Virus record (IMG/VR): IMGVR_UViG_3300045821_000004
Coordinates: 1-48,105 of that record
Origin: a virus
Lineage: Duplodnaviria; Caudoviricetes
Direction: 5' to 3' (one strand)
Length of the DNA stretch: 48,105 bases
The position numbers were made by a program, and so were the translations under genes. Below the pieces are notes generated by a model. That model saw only the letters and a program-made list of their open reading frames with translations, was not told the origin of the DNA and did not search any database. Within the stretch, counting starts at the first letter, position 1, and each line of letters begins with the position of its first letter. Shown piece by piece: positions 25,870-35,700 of this stretch.

Positions 25870-25939
25870 ACGACACACCAATACTTGAACCAGTACATGA
25901 TGAACCAGACCCTACTTGGGTTCCAACTAAGGAGGAAAC

Positions 25940-26338
25940 ATGGACCCAATAACGGCAGCTCTTAACATTGGTACACAGCTTATAGGGCATTTCTTCCCAA
26001 ACCAAGCTGATGCTGATGCAGCTAAACTTAAACTATTGGAACTACAACAGAATGGAACTCTGCTCCAAATTACAGGACAGTTGGACATCAACAAAGTTGA
26101 AGCAGCTAATGCTTCTACGTTTGTTTCTGGCTGGCGGCCTTTCGTTGGTTGGGTCTGTGGTTTTGGCCTGGTCTATAGTTTTATTGGGCAGCCTCTTCTT
26201 GCATGGTATAGTAACGCTTATCACTTTGCTATCCCCCCTACTCTTGATCTTGGGACTCTACTTACTATTCTCGGAGGTATGCTGGGTCTTGGTAGTCTCC
26301 GTACAGTAGAAAAAATTAATGGAGTAAGCCGATCATGA
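25940..26338 (+). CDS. Holin of 3 TMs (GTA-holin family)
   Basis: AAGGAGG RBS; INKVEAA..FVSGWRPFVGWVCG..GMLGLGSLRTVEKING. Confidence 0.85.
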   Translation: MDPITAALNIGTQLIGHFFPNQADADAAKLKLLELQQNGTLLQITGQLDINKVEAANASTFVSGWRPFVGWVCGFGLVYSFIGQPLLAWYSNAYHFAIPPTLDLGTLLTILGGMLGLGSLRTVEKINGVSRS

Positions 26339-26490
26339 CCATGACGCTCCTGGAAATACAGGAGCGTCTTAAGGACTTCGACGAGACAACTATATTGGAA
26401 GTATTAGAAATCTCATCGGAGGATTTAATAGACCGCTTCGTTGATATAATAGAAGAAAAAGCTGACAAGCTAGAGAGTGATGTATGTTAA
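26335..26490 (+). CDS. Small acidic hypothetical protein (51 aa)
   Basis: ATGA overlap; DETTILEVLEISSEDLIDRF. Confidence 0.6.
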   Translation: MTMTLLEIQERLKDFDETTILEVLEISSEDLIDRFVDIIEEKADKLESDVC

Positions 26491-28415
26491 ATACCTATGA
26501 ACAAACAATACATAAAACTAGGTATGCAAGATACTTAGAGACAGAAAAACGAAGGGAGTCTTGGGAAGAAACAATAGATCGGTATATGAACTTCATAAAC
26601 AAACAAACACAAAAGTTTGGTTATGAACTTTCAGATGAAGATTTTGATGAAATACTATTTGCTATCAATGACCAGAAAGTAATGCCGTCTATGAGGTTGT
26701 TAATGACGGCTGGTGAAGCAGTAGAACGAGACAACATAGCAGCATACAACTGTGCCTATCTTGCTGTCAACAGTAAGAGAACCTTTAGCGAAGCCTTGTA
26801 TATTCTTATGAATGGAACAGGCGTTGGGTTCTCTTGTGAACGACAGGAGATAGCACATCTACCATTAATACCTAAAACATTTAAGGATACAGATGATACA
26901 ATCGTCGTTGGAGACAGCAAACTTGGATGGGCAAAAGCCTTCAGAAAACTCTTGTCCTCGTTGTGGGAGGGAGATGTCCCAAAGGTTGACTATAGCCGTG
27001 TTCGGGCAGCGGGAGAACGTCTTAGAACTTTTGGTGGGAGAGCCAGTGGACCTGCTCCATTGCGAAGGTTGTTCGACTACTGTGTTACGGTCTTTAAAGA
27101 AGCCTCTGGTCGTAGTCTCAACTCATTAGAAGTACATGACATCATGTGCATGATAGGCGAAATAGTTGTTGTAGGTGGTGTTCGCCGTAGTGCTCTGATA
27201 AGTTTAAGTAATCTTACAGATAGGAGAATGCGTGAAGCTAAAACTGGAGCTTGGTGGGAAGAGAATCCTCAAAGGGCTTTGGCTAACAACTCCGTATGTT
27301 ACACAGAAAAGCCAGATGCAGAGACGTTTATGGAGGAATGGCTTGCTCTTATTAAGTCCAAGTCGGGAGAACGCGGTATTTTTAATAGGGTTGCTGCCCA
27401 GAAACAAGCAGCTAGTTTGGGTAGGGATAAGGAGGCGAGCTACGGTTGTAACCCATGTAGTGAAATTCTTCTTAAGGACAGAGAGTTTTGCAACCTCACC
27501 GAGGTTGTTGTTAGGCCGGAAGACAACTTTGAAACTCTTAAAGAGAAGATAAGGATAGCAACCATAATAGGAACCATCCAGAGTACCCTTACTGACTTCC
27601 AATTCCTTAGCAAGGAGTGGGCTGACAACTGTAAGGAAGAAAGGCTTCTAGGGGTGTCTATGACAGGGATAATGGACCACCCTGTATTGAATGGTTCTGG
27701 AGTACAACCAGACAATTGTGATTGTGATGGGTTTTGTTCAAAAGACCATTTACAACAATGGTTAGAGGAGTTAAAAGCTTATGCTAGAGAAGTTAACAAA
27801 GAGTGGGCAGAACGATTGGGTATTAATAACAGCATGGCTATTACTTGCGTCAAGCCCTCTGGTACTGTTGCTCAACTCTGCTCTGCTGGAACTGGTGGCA
27901 TACACCCTAGGTATAGTCCTTATTACATTAGAAGTATCAGGCAGGACAACAAAGACCCAATCACCAAGTTCCTCACAGACCAAGGAATTAAATCAGAACC
28001 AGCTTTTGGAAAGGAAGACACAACCACTATTCTATACTTCCCCATCTCATCCCCTGTACAAGGAGTATTCAGGAATGACAGAACAGCCTTACAACAACTT
28101 GAACACTGGCTTGTCTTCCAACGACATTGGTGCGACCACAAACCAAGCGTCACAATCTATGTTAAAGAGGAGGAGTGGCTCGAAGTAGGAGCCTGGGTAT
28201 ACAAAAGGTTTAATGAAATAAGTGGCATAAGTTTTCTGCCACATACAGACCATAGTTACCAGCAAGCACCATTCACAGAATGTAGTAAGGAGGAATATGA
28301 GGAACTACTATCATCAACCCCTACCATTATAGAATGGGATGCTTTCATCGAAGAAACAGATAGCACTACTAGCTCACAAGAACTAGCTTGTTCCGGTAAT
28401 TCTTGTATTATATAA
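26484..28415 (+). CDS. nrdJ: Class II (B12-dependent) ribonucleotide reductase
   Basis: PSMR, YNCAY, GTGVGF, GGVRRSA, NPCSEI, FCNLTEV, TCVKPSGT, C-terminal CSGNSC; no beta-subunit gene present. Confidence 0.93.
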   Translation: MLNTYEQTIHKTRYARYLETEKRRESWEETIDRYMNFINKQTQKFGYELSDEDFDEILFAINDQKVMPSMRLLMTAGEAVERDNIAAYNCAYLAVNSKRTFSEALYILMNGTGVGFSCERQEIAHLPLIPKTFKDTDDTIVVGDSKLGWAKAFRKLLSSLWEGDVPKVDYSRVRAAGERLRTFGGRASGPAPLRRLFDYCVTVFKEASGRSLNSLEVHDIMCMIGEIVVVGGVRRSALISLSNLTDRRMREAKTGAWWEENPQRALANNSVCYTEKPDAETFMEEWLALIKSKSGERGIFNRVAAQKQAASLGRDKEASYGCNPCSEILLKDREFCNLTEVVVRPEDNFETLKEKIRIATIIGTIQSTLTDFQFLSKEWADNCKEERLLGVSMTGIMDHPVLNGSGVQPDNCDCDGFCSKDHLQQWLEELKAYAREVNKEWAERLGINNSMAITCVKPSGTVAQLCSAGTGGIHPRYSPYYIRSIRQDNKDPITKFLTDQGIKSEPAFGKEDTTTILYFPISSPVQGVFRNDRTALQQLEHWLVFQRHWCDHKPSVTIYVKEEEWLEVGAWVYKRFNEISGISFLPHTDHSYQQAPFTECSKEEYEELLSSTPTIIEWDAFIEETDSTTSSQELACSGNSCII

Positions 28416-28445
28416 CCCCTAACGCCAGCCAGCTCTAGGGTTTTT

Positions 28446-28481
28446 GAGGAGAACGATGTTTGTTCTCCTCTTTTTTTTTTT
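28446..28481 (+). terminator. Rho-independent terminator at convergence of the two arms
   Basis: GAGGAGAAC/GTTCTCCTC stem followed by 11 T. Confidence 0.85.
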
Positions 28482-28863
28482 ATACTTCTATTTCTACTAT
28501 TACTTGGTGGTCACTACTATCCCACATCTGTTCTCGTATAGGTCTTGCTAATACAATACATCCTTCAGAAGCACTTTGACGTATAACAGTGTCACCATGT
28601 ATTCTAAACCCACCCCTACCATACATAATATTAGTACTGTCTGGTTGTAACACTATAGTAAATGGTCCTGTAGGATGTCCTTCTTCTACTTCCATCATAG
28701 TATAAGTACCCACTGGTAATGGACCTATATTAGGTTTATCTTGCATAAGATGGTTATTTATACCTTCTCTGTTCTTCCCACAGTTTCCTCCAGCATATCC
28801 AATGGCAATAAGTTTATTAGTATTATCGTACAGTCTTCCTGTATTCTGTTTATAATGCCACAT
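28480..28863 (-). CDS. Tlde1/DUF2778-like L,D-transpeptidase-fold peptidoglycan enzyme (candidate endolysin)
   Basis: GYAG, NIGPLPVGTY, GRGGFRIHGD..SASEGCIV (HG..S.GC catalytic motif). Confidence 0.8.
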   Translation of the reverse strand: MWHYKQNTGRLYDNTNKLIAIGYAGGNCGKNREGINNHLMQDKPNIGPLPVGTYTMMEVEEGHPTGPFTIVLQPDSTNIMYGRGGFRIHGDTVIRQSASEGCIVLARPIREQMWDSSDHQVIVEIEV

Positions 28864-28864
28864 A

Positions 28865-28984
28865 TTACCATCCAATCACAAGTCTAAGTATTAGAAGGTC
28901 TAGTACGAAATAGCTTCCGTCTTCATCATCAAAGACTTCTATTCCTAACATAACCCCCGATATAAAACTTAACGTAAACATCAT
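28865..28984 (-). CDS. Small hydrophobic protein (39 aa)
   Basis: MMFTLSFISGVMLGIEVFDDEDGSYFVLDLLILRLVIGW; coupled to both neighbours. Confidence 0.5.
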   Translation of the reverse strand: MMFTLSFISGVMLGIEVFDDEDGSYFVLDLLILRLVIGW

Positions 28985-29109
28985 AACAGCTCTCTTAGTT
29001 TCTCTATCATCCATTGCAAATCAAGCTCAAGTCTCCATCCACAATGTATTCTATCTTCAATTTCATGTAATATTTCTATATTACTTTTAGTAGAAAAATA
29101 TGGATTCAT
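28981..29109 (-). CDS. Small hypothetical protein (42 aa)
   Basis: ATGA overlaps at both ends. Confidence 0.4.
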   Translation of the reverse strand: MNPYFSTKSNIEILHEIEDRIHCGWRLELDLQWMIEKLRELL

Positions 29110-31010
29110 TCTATTAAACTCCCACATAACCAATTTGAATTACCATCATTAGCCGTATTCAACACGCCTGTTCCGCCTACTCTTGTCACAACTAAAGTCA
29201 AAGTATCCAATGCTGGCATTTGAAATTCAGTCGCTCCGGTAATGCTATTATAATCTGCGATCATTTTATAGCTTAGTGAAGAAATACCAGAAGAAACCGT
29301 AGTTAAACTTATTGTAAATCTATCACCAGCAGTTCCAGTATTGTCATGGAAGATGGCAAACTCAAACCTATATCTTCCTGCTTTTGGTGCGGTGAAAGTC
29401 GTACTTGTGAAATTTGTCCCTCGATTATATAGAGTAGCCGCAAAAGCTAAAGTTAATGGTGTCGTTCCTGAGGTTGTCTGTGACGCAGTTTGGTATGCAC
29501 GAAAAGCCGTCCTAGTTGTTTTCCCGCTAGGTTTATCCCATAAGTTATCAACTTGATATACATCATTTGCGGAAATTAAATCTGTTGTAGCCCCGCTTGT
29601 GCCGTAACTTATATTACCGTTTGTAACAAGCGACACAAATGAAGCATTGATAGCTGCTGAACACCCCCCAAATAGGTTCCCACTTAATACAGCATAAACA
29701 CATGCACCTAGAATACCTGCTGCGTAAGTTGCAACTTGAGATAGGAAAGTATTACCTGTAGCCACATAACTCGTACTTGCTCCAGTTATGTTTAATGCAC
29801 CATAACTACCAGATACCGCATAAGTCGCCCATGCAGTAAAACTATTAGATGAAAAAGTCAAAGATCGAACGGCAGTTCCAGTAGTGATTATTTGATCTTG
29901 GGTACAAGTGCTGAAGTTATTTCCAGATACCATCAATGTCTCTTCTGCTACTACCCCAGTTGTACTAATATTTATCGCGTGACCAGAGAGTGCGGTATTC
30001 TGTGAGTTATAGGAAATGAATGAATTCCCTACTATCTGCGTCCCTGATAAATTCCCAGTTCCAGAAGCAACTATGCCATTTCTGACTTGATCGAACAGGT
30101 TACTTTCTATATTTATAAGCTGGCATAGCGACGCGCTTGTTGCAAAGCTGATACCGTTCAAATACCCAAAACACAAGTTCCCAGTGAATATGAACCCATC
30201 GCTTCTAGTCCATTGCATTATAGTACCGTTTGCACGAGTGTATCCACGGCATCCACCCTCTGTTGCAGCTAACCAATGACCGAAAGTAAAATTGTTGTCT
30301 GTGAATTTTACTACTTCTACGCTATTTGCAAATTCAAAACAAGTCAAAATTCCATAGATAACATTCTTGTCGAAGATTACATGACCAATGGAACCTGTTG
30401 CGTCTGTGTCAACAAAGAAACGATAAGCATTGAATACTGTACAATTCTTCACATAACAAAAATTAACTGGGCCATCTGTTATATCCACGGATATAGTAGG
30501 CGGGTAAACTACAGGAGTTGCAGAGTCAACTTGGTTCGGGTAGTAGATCGCAATACCGTCAAGCGTAACCCCCCTTTTCATCTTGAATGGACTATTTGCA
30601 GTTCCGGTAATTGATAATACGGAACCTGCTGTCCCTGGTGTTGCGGAACAATTAGTAACACCCTCACCTTTGATGTTTATAAACTCTAAAATTAGCGAAC
30701 CTACTGTAGTATCAATCACATAATTCCCATGAGGAATATATAGTTCTGCCCCTATAGATTTGCAATAGGCTATAGCATTTGTAAAAGCAGCATAGTTATT
30801 AGTCACCCCGTCACCAACAGCACCAAAGTCAAGAACAGAAACACGTTCTTTTACTTTAGCTTGTAATGTTGTAGCAACACTACCAGTAGCTCCTACATTA
30901 AAGGGCTGACCTAAACTACCACCTGTACCAGCATATGTTGCAGCATTAACATCATTAGCCCATGCTGCTACTATGGGTGTTACTTGATCTACGAAAGTTG
31001 TTGAAACCAT
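29106..31010 (-). CDS. Tailspike / depolymerase (pectate-lyase-like beta-helix) with C1q-like C-terminus
   Basis: VSVLDFGAVGDGVTNNYAAF, GN-rich beta-helix repeats, FTAPKAGRYRF; N-terminal anchor shared with 42154..43086. Confidence 0.88.
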   Translation of the reverse strand: MVSTTFVDQVTPIVAAWANDVNAATYAGTGGSLGQPFNVGATGSVATTLQAKVKERVSVLDFGAVGDGVTNNYAAFTNAIAYCKSIGAELYIPHGNYVIDTTVGSLILEFINIKGEGVTNCSATPGTAGSVLSITGTANSPFKMKRGVTLDGIAIYYPNQVDSATPVVYPPTISVDITDGPVNFCYVKNCTVFNAYRFFVDTDATGSIGHVIFDKNVIYGILTCFEFANSVEVVKFTDNNFTFGHWLAATEGGCRGYTRANGTIMQWTRSDGFIFTGNLCFGYLNGISFATSASLCQLINIESNLFDQVRNGIVASGTGNLSGTQIVGNSFISYNSQNTALSGHAINISTTGVVAEETLMVSGNNFSTCTQDQIITTGTAVRSLTFSSNSFTAWATYAVSGSYGALNITGASTSYVATGNTFLSQVATYAAGILGACVYAVLSGNLFGGCSAAINASFVSLVTNGNISYGTSGATTDLISANDVYQVDNLWDKPSGKTTRTAFRAYQTASQTTSGTTPLTLAFAATLYNRGTNFTSTTFTAPKAGRYRFEFAIFHDNTGTAGDRFTISLTTVSSGISSLSYKMIADYNSITGATEFQMPALDTLTLVVTRVGGTGVLNTANDGNSNWLCGSLIE

Positions 31011-31011
31011 A

Positions 31012-31242
31012 TTATTTTACTCCTGCTGTAGTAATGTATTTCCAAATAGCCATACCTAGAAAAACTATAAATGACCATATTAAACTTGCTGTTGTTTTCT
31101 CTATTACATTCTTCCTAAAAGCAATACGCTGGTTCTCTTTGTCTATCAAAACCTTTATAAATGTATGATGAAGTGTATGTGTCTCTTCATCAACATCACC
31201 ATCGGTTTTCCGTCTGTTAAGAATTTCCATATTATTATCCAT
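31012..31242 (-). CDS. Small single-TM protein (holin-like)
   Basis: C-terminal TM SLIWSFIVFLGMAIW; RRKTD motif. Confidence 0.6.
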   Translation of the reverse strand: MDNNMEILNRRKTDGDVDEETHTLHHTFIKVLIDKENQRIAFRKNVIEKTTASLIWSFIVFLGMAIWKYITTAGVK

Positions 31243-31459
31243 TATTAAGAAGATTTATTATTGCTTGGGCTTGTTGTACAGTCTTAAAACCATATACACC
31301 AATACCATTTGAAGGTGGAGCAGAATAACCAGTATTATTACTACTTGACTTAGCCGTTGAGTTTATATTAGCAGCAAGTCTAGTAAGCCAATCTCTCCAC
31401 TCAGGACACTCTGATATAGGAGTAATAGGAATAGGAGGAAGATTAAGAGCCATATTCAA
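31235..31459 (-). CDS. Small hypothetical (tail-associated?) protein
   Basis: LPPIP..PEWRDWL N-terminus; in late operon. Confidence 0.6.
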   Translation of the reverse strand: MNMALNLPPIPITPISECPEWRDWLTRLAANINSTAKSSSNNTGYSAPPSNGIGVYGFKTVQQAQAIINLLNNG

Positions 31460-32771
31460 GGTCCTTTACATACCCCATCTTATGAAGTTTAGGAATCTGT
31501 TCTTCTAGTCTTTTTCCAATGTCTGTACGATACATTATACTGTTAGGTATTTCCACACGGTCTTTAATCGTTTTATAACATTTCTTCCTAGAAGCATCAA
31601 TAGTATTCCCAGTACCAGTAACAGTGAGTACATAGTCACCAGCAGTAACATACATGGGAACATCAAGTTTAACCCTGTCTCCGTCCATCTCTGGTGCTTT
31701 ACCCCATTGTACCTCCGATAGGTGAAAATTCCCACAAGCATCCTCTTCTGTTATACCCCATATAGGATAACCAGAACATTCCTTCTTAGTCAGACGAGAA
31801 TAGGGATAGTCAGGTATAGAAACAACTACTCCACAAGCAACTTCTCCAGACGTTTTAAGCGTATCTTTGCCATCAAGGAGGTCAAGCATCCACTCAGCAG
31901 GGTCTCCTTTATGAAGAGCTTGTTGAATTTGGAATAGAGGCCAACCAGGACGCATCGTAAATTCAAGAGGCCAAGCAGTGCCATCATCAGTAATGATGCA
32001 GTTAACGTCGATATAGCCACTATAAGCATGTGCATGTAAATAGTCTTCAAGAGGTTTCAATACCTTATCAGCAAGTTTAGATGTCTCAGTATAGCGAAGG
32101 ATAGTTCCTTGTTCCCCTGTAGCAACACCCAAGTCATCGTTCATTAGTTTCTTAAATTCCCAATTCTCACACCAATGTTTTGAGAACCCACTTGTACCAA
32201 ACCACCCACCAACAGCCATCTCAACACCAGGTCTAAAGTCTTGAAGAATGAATTCACCTTTGTAGGCATTCTTTTTCTTCCAATAGTTGAGCATGAATAT
32301 CATGTCAGCAGCACTCTTGGAGACATAAGACATACTCTTATCTCCATCTCCAATAGGCTTGGATACATAACGGTCAGGCTTCTTCATCACATAAGCTATA
32401 GCTTCATCATATTTGCTAAACTTTTGTGTAGGTATTTCTTTGATACCAGCCTTGACCAATATCTTACTACCGTGGTCTCGTTCTTGTTCCCATCTGTTAG
32501 TGTCTATAGAAGGACCAATAATAGGATAGCCCATATCACGATAGCGTTCAAGAGGCCATATATAGAAAGTATTATCTGTGCAGAATATAAGGTCTGCCCA
32601 GTTCATATGGTCTTCCCAATGAGGAACACGCTTTATAATGCCATCACCAACCTCACAGCGAGACCCGTCCTTATTATGACGAATGAAAGCTTTTACCTCA
32701 TGGCCAGCACACTGGCAACGAATAGCAAAGTCAAGACAAGTACCACCTGCGTCAATTATGAGTATCTTCAT
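31443..32771 (-). CDS. Divergent PurD (GAR synthetase)-like ATP-grasp ligase
   Basis: YVSKP, EFKKLMNDDLGVATGEQG, PLEFTMRPGWP, YVLTVTGTG..YRTDIG parallel PurD motifs; the GSGGREHA motif is absent. Confidence 0.85.
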   Translation of the reverse strand: MKILIIDAGGTCLDFAIRCQCAGHEVKAFIRHNKDGSRCEVGDGIIKRVPHWEDHMNWADLIFCTDNTFYIWPLERYRDMGYPIIGPSIDTNRWEQERDHGSKILVKAGIKEIPTQKFSKYDEAIAYVMKKPDRYVSKPIGDGDKSMSYVSKSAADMIFMLNYWKKKNAYKGEFILQDFRPGVEMAVGGWFGTSGFSKHWCENWEFKKLMNDDLGVATGEQGTILRYTETSKLADKVLKPLEDYLHAHAYSGYIDVNCIITDDGTAWPLEFTMRPGWPLFQIQQALHKGDPAEWMLDLLDGKDTLKTSGEVACGVVVSIPDYPYSRLTKKECSGYPIWGITEEDACGNFHLSEVQWGKAPEMDGDRVKLDVPMYVTAGDYVLTVTGTGNTIDASRKKCYKTIKDRVEIPNSIMYRTDIGKRLEEQIPKLHKMGYVKDLEYGS

Positions 32772-35700
32772 TGTTCATGCAACCTTTGTTTAGCTTCTCT
32801 CTTCTCTCTATTACGAGCCTGTACTCTCATTTTCGTTTGAGTTTTCTTTTCAGAAATAAGTTGCTTTCTACTTGGGTCAATAACATCTACTTGTTTCCAT
32901 AAACCACTTCCACCTTCAGATTGAAGGCTCGTACTTATCATAGGAACTTGTTTAGCAGCATAACCTCCAATATCTTTAGTTATGTTCTCTGCTGTGTCTC
33001 CTGTATTATATATTTGCTGACCATTATACAATTGCCTATCAGCAGCAATTTGAGCTAGGTCAAGAAGTACAGGATTAAAAGTAAAGAAAGAAGCAAGAGC
33101 AGAGTAAGGTTGTTTTTTACCTTCTTGTATATCAGACAAGGCATGTAACAAGTGATATGGTCCTGCTCGTCTAACAGACGAATCTTCATTTCCTGTTATT
33201 GCTTGAGCTATCATATCTTGTAATGGATAAAGAACAGACATAGCAACAGCAATAGCTGCCATGCTATCTACACCTTCTTTGAAACCTTCCATGCCCCTCT
33301 TACCAGCAATGTCACCTACAGTATTTGTAAGACTCTTCATCATACCATAGTGATAGCGACTAAACACCGTCAAGGAGGGGTTTTGAAGGGCTTCAGAGAG
33401 CTTTCTATTACCCATAACTCGTGGAGGTATCTTGTATGCTGGCATGTGCCTCTCTACAGCCTTAATAGCTTGCTCTTCAGTCATTCCTTTATACTTTACA
33501 TTTTCTTGTATAAGTTGCATATACATACCATCACGAGCAACCCACATAACACTACTCATCTTCTTAGATATAGCATTATATAAATCAAGAGGTTTCATTC
33601 CCCATTTGGAAGCAAGTTCTTTTCCTTCTGGAGTCGTAATAAATTCTTGTGCTCCTCTGTCAAGAAGAGCTTCTTCTATGGGTTGATTTCTGACATTAGC
33701 AGAGAGAAAAGAAGCCCCTTTACGAAGAAGTCTTTGAAAATCTTTATCCTGAGTAGCTACAGATTTCATAGCAGGAAGAGATGTTTTTAAGAACCTATCA
33801 ACACCACTTTTATTATAACCATGTTTTCCTACTGGAGACCATCCTGTTAAACCACGGGCATTATATACGTGCCATGCTTCATTAAGCATATGTGGAAGAG
33901 GATTTATCATCATGTTCTTAATAAGAACACTACTCATCATAGTTAAAGCATTAGGATTGTGCTTACGAGCAATATCCTCTAATGTTTCCGCTGTTCTATT
34001 TTCAAAAGCATATCCAGCAAGTTCAGGAAGTTTATCTGTATATTTAAGAGTCCTCATTCCTGGAGGAACATCTACACCAGGTTCTATTTTATGAGCTATT
34101 GTTTCCCATTTAGGGTCTTGTTTAAGAGCTTCCAAAGCCCTATAAGACCTTATAAAATCTCTTTGTTGTCTAACACGTTCTGCCAGAACAGACATATAAC
34201 TTTTGTTATATCTATAGGGAGAGTGGGTTTCTTTTTCTGTTTGAGTACCTTCTACTACAGTAGCCTCACCAATTTTATCTCCTGGTTTTACCCACTCAGG
34301 TACAGTAGCAAAAGGAGACTCTCTACCTTTGTTCCATTGTACTACTTTAGTATGAGTACCCTTAGCTGCCATTTTCTCATTGGCTTTAGCCTGAATTACT
34401 ACTCTCTTACCATTAGGAAATTCAGCAACAAACATACTACGTTTCATAGCTGCTTCAGGCTTCTTCTCAATATTTAAATCAAGACCTCCTTGGTCTCCAG
34501 AAGATAGTTTTTCTTTAACCTTTTCCCACCAGCTCATTTTATTTTTAAAAATACGTTTACTAGCTACATTTTTACCTGTAGCTTCCTCTGTATTTTCTTT
34601 ACTTTCAACCTTACCATCTTTAGTTATTTGGTCATCATTAGCTTTACGTTCTGCTTCTAACTTGTCATGGTATTTAGCTTTCAGTCGGGCTTGTTCTTCT
34701 GTAAGAGGTTTTCCTTCCTCCTCATTAAGTCTCCAAGCTTTTTCCATCTCAAGGTCTACACCTTCTTTTTGCATTGGTTCAAGAATAGTTTTAATATGTT
34801 CAGAAAGATCAGCTTCTTTATTCTTGTCTAAAGAATAAAACATATCAGAACGCTCTTGGTCTGTTGTAGGAGGTTTAAAATTCATACCTCTTGGGTCTGC
34901 TTCCAAATCAGGATGAAGCATTTCATCATGTTTAGGGGCTTCACTAGCCTCTTGTTTGGCATGAAGAATATCACGAGGAGTGTTCTCTTTAGTGGTACTC
35001 TTGGGTTTATTGTCTAATCTCTTAGACATGGGGATATTCTCCCCCTCCTCATCTACAAAATTCTGATCTCTAATATAGCCTCTCTTTTCCCAGAACCCCT
35101 CAGACTTAGGTTTAGCATGAATGAAGGCTACAGTATGTCCCTCTTCTTTAATGTCATGTTCAAGGTTTTCTACAATCTTAGTACCTAAACCTTGCTTTTG
35201 TAAGTCTTCAGGTAGAAGAACTTGGTCTATATATCCCCCAGAACGTGAGATAGTTATACCATGTTCTCCCCTAATACTAGGGTGTTGATCTCCTTTAATT
35301 ATATTAGAAGCACGGTCTTTTAGTACACGTAAGGTTGCCCTAGCATCTTCCAGCTCAACAGGAGAGTCCTCTTTCATTTGTAGAGAAGGGTCTTCTAGCT
35401 TCTTAATAGCCCAGTTCTTAATATCTATAGCATCCTTAGGGTGATAAGAAGCAGGTGGATTATTAAGAAAATCAAGATGCTTCTCTGCCTGTACAGTTGT
35501 TTGCTCATGATCGGGTAAGGTGTCTGGTATTTTCCCTCTAGCCTCTTGTTTGGCATGAAGAATATCTACAGGAGTTTTATGAGGAATCATACCCTGTATT
35601 TTTCTTCCTATAGATGTAGGCTTATTCATTACAGCCCCAGCAGCAGTAGCCATGCCTATCTTAGCAGGAGACAGGTCTTCATCACCAACTACTTCACGAG

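Noticed and set aside
31443-32771. Assigning gene symbol purD / purine auxiliary metabolic gene
   Set aside because: Substrate-binding motifs are altered and the context is the virion operon; homology only.
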